From Reclinomonas americana ATCC 50394 (Eukaryota): DNA of 46,494 nucleotides. The stretch's first letter is position 1. The number at the start of each line of letters is the position of its first letter. Under the pieces are notes generated by a model that did no database searches, was not told the DNA's origin, and saw only the letters and a program-made list of their open reading frames with translations. Below, in pieces: positions 13,140 through 25,697 of this stretch. Location of the stretch: assembly GCA_048213135.1 (NCBI GenBank), contig PS015288.1, positions 54,673 through 101,166 of the forward strand. Reading direction: 5' to 3'. The position numbers were made by a program, and so were the translations under genes.

Positions 13140-13850
13140 CACATGCTCCGCAAGGTGCTTTCACGTCGACTCACCTTGCACTGAATGGGTGGCTTGCATT
13201 AAGCAGCCTTTCACTCACACAAGGTTCAGTAACCGTCTGTGTTCTGATCGTGTGGGTCAGCACCCTTTCCGCGAGGAGCAGTGAGTGGTCTCAGCATCGC
13301 TCACCTCGCTGCACGCTGCCTGCTCCTGAATGAGTCCAGTGTACATGCTCCTTCGCTTGTCGAGCAACCCGGCGTCGTTCCTCTGTTCTTGGCAGTTGGC
13401 ATTTTGCTTCGCGAGGAAGGTGAGTGGACTTGGCGACAACTTACCTTGCACTGAATTGATTGCTTGCATAAGCAGCCTCTCGATCGCACAAGGCGCACAG
13501 TCGCAATCTACATTCTGCCTGCGAGGGTCAGCACCCTTTCCGCGAGGAGCAGGGAGTGGCTTCGGCATCGACTCACCTCGCTGCACGCTACCTGCTCCTG
13601 AATGAGTCGTGCACATGCTCATTCGCTTGTCGAGCAACCCGCCGTCGTTCCTCTGTTCTTGGCATCAACTTACATGGCGCTGAATGAGTGGCTTGCATAA
13701 AGCAACCTCTCACTCGCACAAGGCGCACAGTCACAATCTGCGTTCTGCCCGCGAGGGTCACATCTTATCTGCAAGGCACAACGGTGGCCTCAACATGATG
13801 AACTCACCTCGCTGCACGCTGCCCGCTCCTGAATGAGTCCCGCACACACG
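13140..13850. repeat. Degenerate tandem repeat, ~270-bp unit, ~2.7 copies
   Basis: GGGTCAGCACCCTTTCCGCGAGGAGCAG at ~13255 and ~13525. CTCACCTCGCTGCACGCT..CTCCTGAATGAGTC at ~13299, ~13572 and ~13803. Confidence 0.85.
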
Positions 13851-14104
13851 GCGAATGCAGCTGTCACCGTCCTCTTCGTGGAGGTTAGCACACTCCAGCA
13901 GGCATCGCAGTGGCCCAGATAAACACGAACGTCATCACTCGCTCCACATTGTGCCCCGCGCATGGCTGAATCGTAGAGGCGAGTTCGCTTGCCGTGAGTC
14001 AGCGCACTCCAGCTCGCCTGCCCGGCAACTCCCTGTTCACGAAAGTCAGCAAACAGTCTCTCGCTGACATCTGAGCGGCCGACGAACCTTGTGTCAACAC
14101 CTCC

Positions 14105-15209
14105 TCAAATGTCCTTGTAGATCAACTCGTACCTGGGCACACGCGCCGGATCAATCGGCGACTCGATCATCATCTTGCCGCGCATGACTCCACGATAGAT
14201 GGCCTCCACCAAGTCGAGCAGGTCTTGTTTGTGCGCGAAAGCCCCGATCCATTTGGTGTGGTCGGGGGTTCTGATGAGAAGAGGGGGATGAGTGAGAAGG
14301 GAGAAGAGAAAAGAGAGCGAGAGAGTGAGAGAGAGCAGAAGAGTGACGGGACGACTCTCCAGGAAACAGTGAGTGGAGAAAAACATGAGAGAGCAGGAGA
14401 GAGGGCGTTGTGCCAAAGAGAGTGTGCAAGAGTGAGAGAGAAGCAGAGAAAAGGAAAGAGGACGAATGAAAGGAGAGCAAGAGTGGCAAGAGACAGAATA
14501 ACAAAACAAGAGGGAGGGAAAGAGTGATGGAGTGAGTCTGAAAGAGTGGCAAGCGGGAGGGTGAGAATAGAAGACCGACTGGTAACCGACACAGACAACA
14601 AAGGCTACACAGGTGAGCGTGAGGAATAGAGAGAGAGAGAGAAAGAGACACGGAAAGACGAGAGTGATGCGAGGAAAGACAATGCGACGAGTTGTGTGTC
14701 TCTCTCTCTTTCCCAATCTCTGTCACCAGTTTCAAGCTTCTCTCTTCTTCCCCTTCTCTCTCTCCCCAACTCTGGCATCAGTTTCAAGTTTCTCTCTCTC
14801 TCGCTCTCTCTCTCTGCCTCTCTCCTCCCTCTCTCCTTCCTCTCCCTCACCTAAAATCCACCTTGATATGCTGCGCATTGAAGAAGAACAGCGTCGCCGG
14901 CAACAACGTGATATCAAAGTACCGCACATACACCTCCACACAGTCCTCTTCCCCATCACCGTCACCATCATCATCCTCACTAACATCCACCAAGTACACA
15001 TCAGCCATCTCCGCCAACGCAGGCGCGCACTTGCTCAGAGTCTCGTCGAGAGAGAGTTGCTGCTGGAAGGCGTGCTCGGAGTGTGCGCGTGCGGCGTCCA
15101 AGGCGAGACCAAAACGGAGAATGACTATGCGGTCTTCGGTGTCGCGAATGACGTGGTCGATGGAGGATTTCGTGCGGAGAGTGGGGAGCAGAAGCTGTGC
15201 GGATGACAT
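14105..15209 (-). CDS. TXNL4B: Thioredoxin-like 4B (Dim2) spliceosomal protein; exons 15209-14851, 14270-14105
   Basis: Dim1-family RIVILRFG and [12 protein letters not shown]. The C-terminus [48 protein letters not shown] matches the Dim2 type rather than Dim1. Confidence 0.9.
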
Positions 15210-15339
15210 GTGTGAAGGGAAGTGATTGGAGAGGACAGGCGCGTGTCCTTTTGCATTGGAGGCTTTGGCGCAGGGTGCGTAGTGTGGATGAGATAGTGGG
15301 GCAGACGATGTACAGCGAGAATCCTTGCCGAGCAGCTGC

Positions 15340-16015
15340 AGGAGTCGCGATGCACCGACTTTGATCGATCGCGACGTCGATCGCGAGCTTGAAGAAGCCC
15401 TCTGTTGTCGACTGGTGGCTTTGCAGGTGACCGCTGTTGCAGGAGGGTGTGTAGTGTGGAGGGGGCAGTGGAGCAGAATGTGAATGCTTGCAGCAGGGAT
15501 TGCAGCGTGCACACGCAGGAGTCGACGTCGCGATACAGTCGATCGACGTCGAGCTCTCAGGAAGCCCTCTGTTGTCGACTGGTGGCTTTGCAGGTGGGTG
15601 TAAAGTGTGGAGGGGGCAGTGGAGCAGACGGTGCACTGTGAGAATGCCTGCTGGGTGGGTGCAATGAGCAGCAGCAGGAGTCGCGATACAGTCGATCGAC
15701 GTCGAGCTCTCAGGAAGCCCTTTGTTGCTTGTCGGAAAGTGTGCAGCGTGTGAAGGGGCCAGTGGAGTAGAAGTTTGATATCAAGGATGCCTGCAAGGTG
15801 ACTGCAACGAGTCGAGATATCGATATCGCGATCAATTAATCGACGTCGAGATCTCAGGGAGGCCCTTTGTTGTCGACTGGTGGCTTTGCGCGAGGGTGTT
15901 TAGTGTGGAGAAGACAGTGGAGCAGAAGGTGCACAGCGAGAATGCCTGCAGGGTGGATGCAATGAGTCGAGATATCGATATCAAGCGACGTCGCGATATC
16001 TCGATATCGATCAAT
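15340..16015. repeat. Degenerate ~145-167 bp tandem repeat (4 copies) in the TXNL4B/TMEM234 divergent intergenic region
   Basis: GA(A/G)GCCCT(C/T)TGTTG..., usually followed by TCGACTGGTGGCTTTGC, at 15394, 15561, 15714 and 15859. Confidence 0.85.
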
Positions 16016-16174
16016 GACGCCTTGCGCTCTCCGAAAGCTCTGCCAAGCAAAGCGCAAAGAAATGCACGGATCAGATGCCACCAGCACCTAATGCAGCAAC
16101 TGGTACCGTGCAGGGTAAAGCAAGGATCTCTCGTGATCGACGTTTTCGCGAAGGACAACTCGCTTGAGCACAAC

Positions 16175-16737
16175 ATGTGGGTCGCACTGGTCGTCGGGCT
16201 GCTGTGGGGCATCACTGATCCTCTGATCAAGCGGTTTGCATGTCACTCTCACTCTCTTCCTTTGTTGATCACTCATGCCCTCTCTCTTTCCCCTCCTCAG
16301 TGGAAGCAGCAATGCATTGGATAGCGAGGTGAAGAAGGAGAAGAAGAGGAGCCTGGTGCGCGACACGTGGGCGTTGTTCACCAACTGGAGAGTTGCGGAA
16401 AGAGAGAGAGAGAGAGACAAGAGAGAAAGAGAGAGAGAAAGAGAGTGATCATCACTTTTCTCGTGGCAGATCCTTTCTTCAGTGTCTCTCCCTCAGGCCG
16501 CGAAAGGGGAGCACTCTTCTCGTGCTTGTCCTCCTCCCTCCTCTCGTACTTCNNNNNNNNNNNNNNNNNNNNTACTACTACTACCTTTACTTTCCGTTCG
16601 GTCGACGAAGTACCTTTCCTTTCTACTGTCGTCTCCTCCTCGCGCACGAGCCTCTCTCTCGCTCGTCTCCTCCTCCTCCTCCTCCTCCTCCTCCTCCTCC
16701 TCCTCCTCCTCCTCCTCCTCCTCCTCCTCCTCCTCCT

Positions 16738-16769
<32 letters not shown>

Positions 16770-17319
16770 CTTCTTCTTCTGTCACTCACTCAGTGCAGTC
16801 TTCTCGCTTGCTCCTCCCTTGTTGCTCGTGACACTACACGCTGCAAGCTCTCCTCTCGTTCCTGTGTTCTTTCCCAGCATCTCCTCTCCTTTCTCTTTCT
16901 ATTCGGACTTCATGATGCAAATTCTCCTCTCGTTCCTCATCTACTCTAACTTTCCTCCACCCCTGCTTTCTCTCTGTTTACCTCCCCCCCTCCCTCCTCC
17001 CTCTCCTCTCCCCTCCCCTTTCCCTTATGCAGTACCTCCTTCCCTTCGCCCTCAACCAACTCGGCTCCGCTCTCTTCCTGGTGGCCCTCGGCACCTCCGA
17101 CATCACCATCGCCGTTCCCGTCAGCAACGCCACCGCCATGGTGGTATCGTACTTGTTCTCGTGCGCACTCGGCGACTGTCGCATGTACCCTGGTGCGACC
17201 TGCTCCCTTCGCTTGCTAGTTTCTCTCTGTTGCGCTCACTCACTGCCCGCACGAATGCAGACTCGATGATTGGGGTGGCGTGTATCGCCGCCGGTGTGGC
17301 CATGCTGCAGTCTGTGTGA
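16175..17319 (+). CDS. TMEM234: TMEM234-family small membrane protein (DMT superfamily); exons 16175-16233, 16301-16391, 17033-17192, 17261-17319
   Basis: Motifs LWGITDPLIKRG, NWRYLLPFALNQLGS and DITIAVPVSNA. The spliced CDS is 123 codons. Confidence 0.88.
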
Positions 17320-17489
17320 TTCTGTGTGCAGCTGTGCGACAGGCAAGTGGGAGCGCGTGCTGGCCAGCTCATTATCTTGTTCGGGGAGAGCAGGCCTTTG
17401 TGACAAGGCTGGTAGACGGACTTGTCTTCGTTGTGGAGCGAGTGAACCATGACCATTCGCGACAATTGATCGCCGGCTTGGTGGCTCAC

Positions 17490-17727
17490 AGCTCCTTCGC
17501 GCTCTCGGCCTCCTGCATGCCTTGGTGCTCTCGGCCTCCTGCACTCCTTCGTGCTCTCGCCCTCCTCCTGCACTCCTTCGTGCTCTCGCCCTCCTCCTGC
17601 ACTCCTTCGTGCTCTCGCCCTCCTCCTGCACTCCTTCGTGCTCTCGCCCTCCTCCTGCACTCCTTCGTGCTCTCGCCCTCCTTCGTGCTCTCGCCCTCCT
17701 CCTGCACTCCTTCGTGCTCTCGCCCTC
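17490..17727. repeat. 29-bp minisatellite (GCACTCCTTCGTGCTCTCGCCCTCCTCCT), ~7-8 copies
   Basis: Perfect units start at 17541, 17570, 17599 and 17628, with partial or degenerate copies on either side. There are no unique spacers, so it is not CRISPR. Confidence 0.95.
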
Positions 17728-18049
17728 ATCTCTTCTCTGCCATATCCCTCTGCCCCTGCCTCCATTCCAAACAGGGGGGACATCAATCATTCATTCACGT
17801 TTTCCATCAACTGCACGCGCGCAAACACACAAGCGCCACATTACGCAGCAAGCAAGCAAGCAAATGCACGAAAAATGGAAGAAAATCAGACAAACGGGGG
17901 ACGCACGGCAAACAGCAGCAGCAAGGAGGAGACAAACAAACACTGTCAAGGAAAGGACAGAAGGAAGGAGAGGGAAGAGAGAGAGAGAGAGATTCGAAGG
18001 GGGGGGGGAAAAACAAAATCGTGCGTCAAAAAAAGTGTGGGCGGAGAAA

Positions 18050-18598
18050 TCAAAACGCCACACTCGACGCCTGCTCATCAAAAGAGACAGATCGCGGAAC
18101 GCCACCAGAGGACACTGCCGCAGCGGCCGGCGACAGAAGCTCGCTGGAGAGGCGCAGCACGCCAGCCTTGGCTGTCGGCATGGCCTCCACCACCTCTTCT
18201 GCCGCCGTCTTCTTCTCCTCCTCCTCCTCGTCCAAATCGCTGCGCACATCCTCCGAGGAGAACGACGACGGCGACGAGGAGGAAGAGGCCGAATCCGACG
18301 GCGACGACGAACGCACCGTGGTGGTCATCGTCGTGCTGGTCGGCCGCAAGGCAAAGTCCGACGATGGCGACGGCGGCGACATGGTCGCCTCCGCCGCCAA
18401 AATGGCCGCCACGCGCGCCGTACACAGCGTACACGTGCACGGGCACTTGAGCGGCCATCGGCCGTCGGGGCCCGATGGCGGAACGCGGGGAACATCAATG
18501 GGAGTCGCAGGGATCGCGAGCACCACTTCTCCGACTGATTCTGTCGCGCAGACCTGCGCCGGACAGAAGGAAGGCGAAGAGAGCGCCCTGGCCTCGCC
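18050..18598 (-). CDS. Coding-like low-complexity extension, in frame immediately after the GNAT TAG
   Basis: 182 sense codons in the same frame as 18599-18975, with GC3-rich codons and an acidic/Ser-rich composition. Confidence 0.45.
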   Translation of the reverse strand, partial: GEARALSSPSFCPAQVCATESVGEVVLAIPATPIDVPRVPPSGPDGRWPLKCPCTCTLCTARVAAILAAEATMSPPSPSSDFALRPTSTTMTTTVRSSSPSDSASSSSSPSSFSSEDVRSDLDEEEEEKKTAAEEVVEAMPTAKAGVLRLSSELLSPAAAAVSSGGVPRSVSFDEQASSVAF

Positions 18599-19788
18599 CT
18601 AAGTGATGTGGTCGGAGAAGAAGAAGCGCTTCATCGTCTCGTCGTGGTTTGACAAATCCCACGGCGTCTCCTTCAGCGGCAAAAAGTAGTCGACCACGCC
18701 CTTGGCCAGCATGTCCTCCTTGGTGATAAAGGCGGGCAGTGGATCGTCACACGGCTCCACGTTGCTGCCGAGACCGTGCGAGAGCATCCACTGGAAGTGG
18801 TCGTTCAGCTCCGGCACCGGGTGGTTGTCCGAGGTGAATTGCCAATAGTCGCGCACGTGGCGGTACACAAAATCGCGCGAGATGCCGGTGAAGGGCGCCG
18901 ACATGCCGCCGGTGGGGCGGACCATCAGCACGTAGTCGTAGCAGTGGTTCTCGCGGCCGTCCAGAATGGGGCATACTGTAGGGGGGACAAGAGTGGGCAA
19001 AGGGGAAGACGAAGGGGGAAGGGGGAAGGGGGGAGGGAGGGGGAGGGGAGGGGAGGGGAGGGGAGGGGAGGGGAGGGGAGGGGAGGGAGGGAGGGAACAG
19101 GAAGGAGAGAGGGAGAGAAATAGACAGAAAAACAGAAAGAGAGGGAGACGCTGAAACCAGAAGCGGGAAGAAATAGAAGCTTGGTGACATTGGGAAAGAA
19201 AAGATAGGGGAATCCTGTGTGAGGAAGAACAAGATTGATAGATAGAGAGGCAAAAGAGAGAGTGAGAGCAACAAACATGCAAAATGAAATGAGCAGAAGG
19301 AAGACAGAAAACAGGAGAGGGCGAGATCGGGAGAAATACTGTGTGTGCGAGAGAAGGCAGAACAGTCCGATAACGAAGGAATGGACACGGAACGAAAAAA
19401 CAAGGGCTGATCTGGAGAGAGAAGAGAAAATAAACGCTCGCGCGCGCGCGCTCTCCAAACCCCTCACACATATCCTCAACCCCTCTCCCACATCCTCTTC
19501 CATCTCACGCAACAGTACGGGAAGTCGACCTTGCGGAAGCCGAGGTTGCAGAAGAATTTTTGACGCGCCGCCGAGGGGTGCACGCCGTCCTCACACTCGG
19601 CGCCGTGCGTTTCGGCAAAGCACGACAGCAGCGTCGGGTACAGCGCCTCCATGTGGGACATGGAGCGCAGGAAAACGCTGGCGCCAATGCCGCGACCGCG
19701 CTGGTCGCGCGACACGACAATGTAGTCGAGCATGGCCGAGTTGAGCTTGCGGAAGAACTCAATGTAGGTGCCGGCCACCACGCGGTCT
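18599..19788 (-). CDS. GNAT-family N-acetyltransferase, 5' end in an N gap; exons 19788-19514, 18975-18599
   Basis: Acetyl-CoA-binding motif A LDYIVVSRDQRGRGIGA, and RQKFFCNLGFRKVDFPY(L)CPIL. Confidence 0.8.
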
Positions 19789-21656
19789 CTGCAGGGCGAA
19801 GGGTGGTGAGCAAAAAGGGGAGGGAGGGGAAGGGGGAAGGGGAAGGGGAAGGGGAAGGGGAAGGGGAAGGGGAAGAGGGAAGGGGAAAGGAAGGGAAAGA
19901 GAANNNNNNNNNNNNNNNNNNNNNNNNNNNNNNNNNNNNNNNNNNNNNNNNNNNNNNNNNNNNNNNNNNNNNNNNNNNNNNNNNNNNNNNNNNNNNNNNN
20001 NNNNNNNNNNNNNNNNNNNNNNNNNNNNNNNNNNNNNNNNNNNNNNNNNNNNNNNNNNNNNNNNNNNNNNNNNNNNNNNNNNNNNNNNNNNNNNNNNNNN
20101 NNNNNNNNNNNNNNNNNNNNNNNNNNNNNNNNNNNNNNNNNNNNNNNNNNNNNNNNNNNNNNNNNNNNNNNNNNNNNNNNNNNNNNNNNNNNNNNNNNNN
20201 NNNNNNNNNNNNNNNNNNNNNNNNNNNNNNNNNNNNNNNNNNNNNNNNNNNNNNNNNNNNNNNNNNNNNNNNNNNNNNNNNNNNNNNNNNNNNNNNNNNN
20301 NNNNNNNNNNNNNNNNNNNNNNNNNNNNNNNNNNNNNNNNNNNNNNNNNNNNNNNNNNNNNNNNNNNNNNNNNNNNNNNNNNNNNNNNNNNNNNNNNNNN
20401 NNNNNNNNNNNNNNNNNNNNNNNNNNNNNNNNNNNNNNNNNNNNNNNNNNNNNNNNNNNNNTCAAACTGGTGAGAGTGCTTTTTGCTTGCAACGAGAGAT
20501 GGAGAGAGGAAGGGAGAGAGCGACAACGTGTGAGTGCGCGCGTGTGTGTAACGGTTGAGGACGAGTTTTTTGTCCTCACTGTTTCTCACTGTGTGTGCAA
20601 ACACTCTCTTCTTGTTGTTGTTCTCCTCCCACTCCCTACTGCGCGCGCGCACACACACACTCTGTCTGTGCAACGCGTGTGCGTGTGGACACGAAGAGAG
20701 ATTTCCCGTGCAGACATGGCACTCTCCACATTCACTCACTCGCTCACTCGCTTGCGCACACTCACCATTGCTGGAGAGGGAGGGGTGTGCACAGGGAGCG
20801 AGTCTTCTTTGCGGTCAAAAAGTTGTGAGAAAACAGGCGGAATATTCGTTGATGCGCGGCCAATTCGTCGGACGGTGGAACTGAATATTCTCTGTTGAAG
20901 GCAACGACAGCTTTGCAACAGCAACACAGCTCATACACAGTGTCTTCCTGTATGCGTGCGTTTGATCAGCGGCATTTTCTACCCCCAGACCACTCATCCG
21001 CATGCGTGGAATCGCAGCTGCCCCGGCGATCAGCTATATCCAAGGGCCTATTCCGAAGAAGCCCACAAATCCCTTNNNNNNNNNNNNNNNNNNNNNNNNN
21101 NNNNNNNNNNNNNNNNNNNNNNNNNNNNNNNNNNNNNNNNNNNNNNNNNNNNNNNNNNNNNNNNNNNNNNNNNNNNNNNNNNNNNNNNNNNNNNNNNNNN
21201 NNNNNNNNNNNNNNNNNNNNNNNNNNNNNNNNNNNNNNNNNNNNNNNNNNNNNNNNNNNNNNNNNNNNNNNNNNNNNNNNNNNNNNNNNNNNNNNNNNNN
21301 NNNNNNNNNNNNNNNNNNNNNNNNNNNNNNNNNNNNNNNNNNNNNNNNNNNNNNNNNNNNNNNNNNNNNNNNNNNNNNNNNNNNNNNNNNNNNNNNNNNN
21401 NNNNNNNNNNNNNNNNNNNNNNNNNNNNNNNNNNNNNNNNNNNNNNNNNNNNNNNNNNNNNNNNNNNNNNNNNNNNNNNNNNNNNNNNNNNNNNNNNNNN
21501 NNNNNNNNNNNNNNNNNNNNNNNNNNNNNNNNNNNNNNNNNNNNNNNNNNNNNNNNNNNNNNNNNNNNNNNNNNNNNNNNNNNNNNNNNNNNNNNNNNNN
21601 NNNNNNNNNNNNNNNNNNNNNNNNNNNNNNATATGACAAGGTTTTACGTTCTTTCT

Positions 21657-21704
<48 letters not shown>

Positions 21705-21742
21705 CCGTGCTCACTCACTGAGTCATTCGATCACTCTTCAAC

Positions 21743-24700
21743 CCTCGATCTGTCTACTCAGAATATCAGGTGGTGCACAGAGCCCACTGCTGCAACGAAT
21801 GACGACTACAATCTCTCCGTCACTCCCCACCCTCTCTCATTCGCTCTCCCTCACCCCCTTTCCCTTTCCCCCTCTTGCACTCACCCCCTGAACACCAACT
21901 CGCCCATCGTCTCAAACCGCTTGCCAAGCACCTTCCTCTCCGCCTCCATTGCCTCCTCCAGCGCATCACTGCTGTCCCCATCGTCACCCCTCTCGGGAAT
22001 CTCCACCACTCCCGTATAGTAGCGCGCGGTGGCCAGCAGATCCATGTTGGTCGCCGACCACGCCTCGGGGGGTGATCGCAAGAATTTGCCCGAGGCGGTG
22101 GTGGCCCACGCGGTCAGCGCCTGCCACACAATAAAGGAGTCGCGTCCCTGCATCTCCTGAATCATGGCGCGCACAGTCTCCATGTGATCCTCCTCCTCCT
22201 CGTCGTCGTCGTCCTTTTCACCATCATCATCTTCATCCTCGTCATCTTCGTCCTCCTCCTCCTCCTCGTCATACGACTCTTCATCCTCGTCGTGGTGCGC
22301 TTCCGCCACCTTTTCTTCTTGTTCTTCTTCTACCACTTCGCGCATGTGTGACGACACGCGACTGCTCTGATCGTCCGCGACTGGGGGTGGTGGTGGTATC
22401 GGCGCAGCCTGCGCAGCGTAGGTAAATATGCGCGGAGCTCCCGGTGAAGGATCTGAAAAGGCAAACGTGGTCAGCGAAAAATGAAAAAAGGGATGTGGAG
22501 GGGAGTTGATCACGCACCAATGGTGGGATCCAGCGACGCCACCAGCACGGACGTGGGTTCGGGGTGCGACGGAGGAACCACAAAGGCGGTGGCGGGGGGA
22601 GCGGGAGGAGATGCAGGCACAGCGGGTGTGCGCAGCATTTGGGCCACCGGGAAGCGATGGCGCAGCGACTCCAGCTCGCGTCGCCGACGCGAACGCGGCG
22701 ACAGCTCCTCCTCACTCACTGGCGGAGGCGGTGGCGATGACTCGCTGGGCCGACCAATGAGACGGGACACCAGCGGCGAGGGAGTGTAGGTTGGCGACGG
22801 TGTGGCTGATGAGGAAGACGATGAAGACGGTGGTGGTGGTGGTGTGGGCGTAGATGGAGGCTCGGGAGCCGCCGACTCAGCAGCGGCTGTAGCGACGGTG
22901 GTGGTGGTGGTGGTGGTGGTGGACGTGACTTCCACAGGCGCAGGTTGCACCACATCTGCTGGCGGTGCCTCTGCGCCGTCGTCGCGCTGCAAAAAGGCCA
23001 ACATGGCGGTCTCGGGATCGCCGACCTGCAGCACTTGTTGGTGAGAAGCGACTTCAACGCACCAGAAAGAGAAGAGTGGATGCACACCGTTACAGCCTCA
23101 CGCTTTGTCGCAGGACCAGGGAGCGTGCGGCGGAATACAACGTATGGCAAATGCTGTTGGGACTGTTGCGGCTGTGGTGGTGGTGGTGACGCGCTCGCGG
23201 ATGATGATGATGCACCACTGCCGGACGCAGAGGCTTCACCCGCGAGTGGAGGAGAGGGAGGCGGCGGCGGATCCTCAAATCGTACACGGCGGCCACGAGT
23301 GGGGCCCTGCGGAACCACCTCCTCGTGAATGGTGACGGTCGCCGGCGGGGGAGGTGGCGGGGATACCGCGGTCGTGTCGCGCTCCACAACGTCTCCTGTG
23401 GCCGAAATGAGTAAGAATGAGGAACGACAGAGAGAGAGAGAGGGAGAATAGACGCACCGAGCAGTCGCTGTGCCTTGCTGGCGTCCGAGGAAGATGACGA
23501 TGACGATGTTGGCTTCTTGCCCGCTCCTTGCTTCTTCGGTGCAGGCTTGGGTGGGGGCTCAGAACTCGACGGGCCGGCAGCGGCAGCAGCGGAAGCTGCT
23601 GCTGTGGCCGCCAACGAATCGGCGGCCGCCGTCACCTCCGCCTCGCGCCGGCGTCGTGCCGCGTCGAGAATCTCGTCAAACAGGAACAGCGAGTCTTTCA
23701 CGTCGTGCACCAGCGGATCGGAGAGGAACTGCTCAATGAATCTGTGCGCGATCGTGAGCAGGGAGGCGTGGAGAGAAGGGCACGCGCAGCCGCAACTCCA
23801 TGAGTGTCTCGGGCGACATGATGGCGCGCTTCGGGTTGTGCAGGCAGGCCTGGCTGAACACGGCGCTGGCCTCGCGGCATCGTCGGGAGCAGAAGGGGAA
23901 GTCGGGGTCGACGGGGGTGGGCTTGTGCTATAGAGGGGGGAGGGGGGTGAGGGCAAAGGGGGAGAGGGAAAGAGAGGANNNNNNNNNNNNNNNNNNNNCA
24001 GGAGAAGAAGGGAAGAGCCCAAGACAGGAAAAAGGAAAGAGAAGTGGAGTGCATCACTGCGAAGGAAGGCAGCTGACAACCGCCAGAGCCGTCCTTCTCT
24101 CTCTCTCACACACTCACTCACTCACTCTCAGTCTCACACTCCTTCGCTCATTCACTCACTCACTCACTCCCTCCGTCCCTCCCTCCCTCTCTCTCTCACA
24201 CACACTCACTCACCCACTCACTCACACTCACCCACTCACTCACTCTCACACACACTCACTCACTCTCTCTCTCTCTCTTTGTCCCTCCCCCTCTCGCTCT
24301 CTTCTCTTTCCACGTTGTTGCACCTCTCTGTCCCTCTCTCTCGCTCTCTTCTTTCCCACGCTGTTGCGCCTCCCAGCTCCCACGTCAACAGTGTGTGTAT
24401 GCGAGTGTATGCGTTTGTGTCTATGTCTCTCGCTTGTTTCCTTGCCTCTCTCCATCCCCGTGTCGCTTGTTAGTATGTGCAAGCGATGTGATAGAAAAGA
24501 AATCAGAACAAAGAGAGAAAGGTGAGTGAAGAAGATTCCTGTGCCTCTATCACTGAGGAGAGAAATGCATTGAATGCACTATAGGTGAATGGTGGAGACA
24601 TGCAAAGACAGTCGCAGATGCAAGACCGATCGTTGACTCACAGGGGAAGGCAGACGCAAGAGACTTTCCACCCAATGCGCGTCAGAGGAGAAACTCACTC

Positions 24701-25110
24701 TTTCTTCTTCTTCTTCTCCTTCCACTCCTTCTCCTCTTCTTGTTGTTGTTCTTCTCTTTCTCATTCTCCTCCTCCTCCTCCTCCTCCTCCTCCTCCTCGT
24801 TGTTGTTGTAGTTCTTCTTGTTCTTCTCCTCCTCCACTTCCTCTTCTTCTCTCTCTCTCTCACACTCTGCACACACACACGCTCAATCTCCTCCACACTC
24901 TGTCTTCAATCTCCTCGACCAGCCATTCATTCTGCACACAAACGATAGTTCTTTCCTTCTCCGTCCCTCTGCTTTGTCTCAATCACTCACCGGCTTTGGC
25001 ACGATCTCCTCGTCCAGCAATCGTTCGCAGCACGGAAATCCACACCGTTTCATCACCATGGAGCGCTCCTCGAGAATCTCGGCGTACAGGTCCGCAGTCA
25101 GTGCCGGGCT
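21743..25110 (-). CDS. RPAP2: RPAP2/Rtr1-like RNA Pol II CTD phosphatase, both ends probably in N gaps; exons 25110-24991, 23927-23797, 23741-23458, 23395-23088, 23025-22518, 22452-21885, 21789-21743
   Basis: Rtr1 zinc-finger halves YAEILEERSMVMKRCGFPCC and FCSRRCREASAVF, followed by a long Pro/Ser/acidic linker. Splice phases are consistent. Confidence 0.8.
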
Positions 25111-25226
25111 CTGTGTCACACACGAGGTGAGCGAATGGCGCAACAGAGTGCACGGAAGACGCCGAAGAAATGGAAGTGAATGGTAATGAAAGTGCGGAGT
25201 GGGAGTGCAGCTCACGGACAGCAAGG

Positions 25227-25295
<69 letters not shown>

Positions 25296-25697
25296 TAGTA
25301 GNNNNNNNNNNNNNNNNNNNNNNNNNNNNNNNNNNNNNNNNNNNNNNNNNNNNNNNNNNNNNNNNNNNNNNNNNNNNNNNNNNNNNNNNNNNNNNNNNNN
25401 NNNNNNNNNNNNNNNNNNNNNNNNNNNNNNNNNNNNNNNNNNNNNNNNNNNNNNNNNNNNNNNNNNNNNNNNNNNNNNNNNNNNNNNNNNNNNNNNNNNN
25501 NNNNNNNNNNNNNNNNNNNNNNNNNNNNNNNNNNNNNNNNNNNNNNNNNNNNNNNNNNNNNNNNNNNNNNNNNNNNNNNNNNNNNNNNNNNNNNNNNNNN
25601 NNNNNNNNNNNNNNNNNNNNNNNNNNNNNNNNNNNNNNNNNNNNNNNNNNNNNNNNNNNNNNNNNNNNNNNNNNNNNNNNNNNNNNNNNNNNNNNNN

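Noticed and set aside
17490-17727. 29-bp repeats as a CRISPR array or repeat protein
   Set aside because: Head-to-tail units without spacers, no cas genes, eukaryotic context; the ORFs are repeat by-products.
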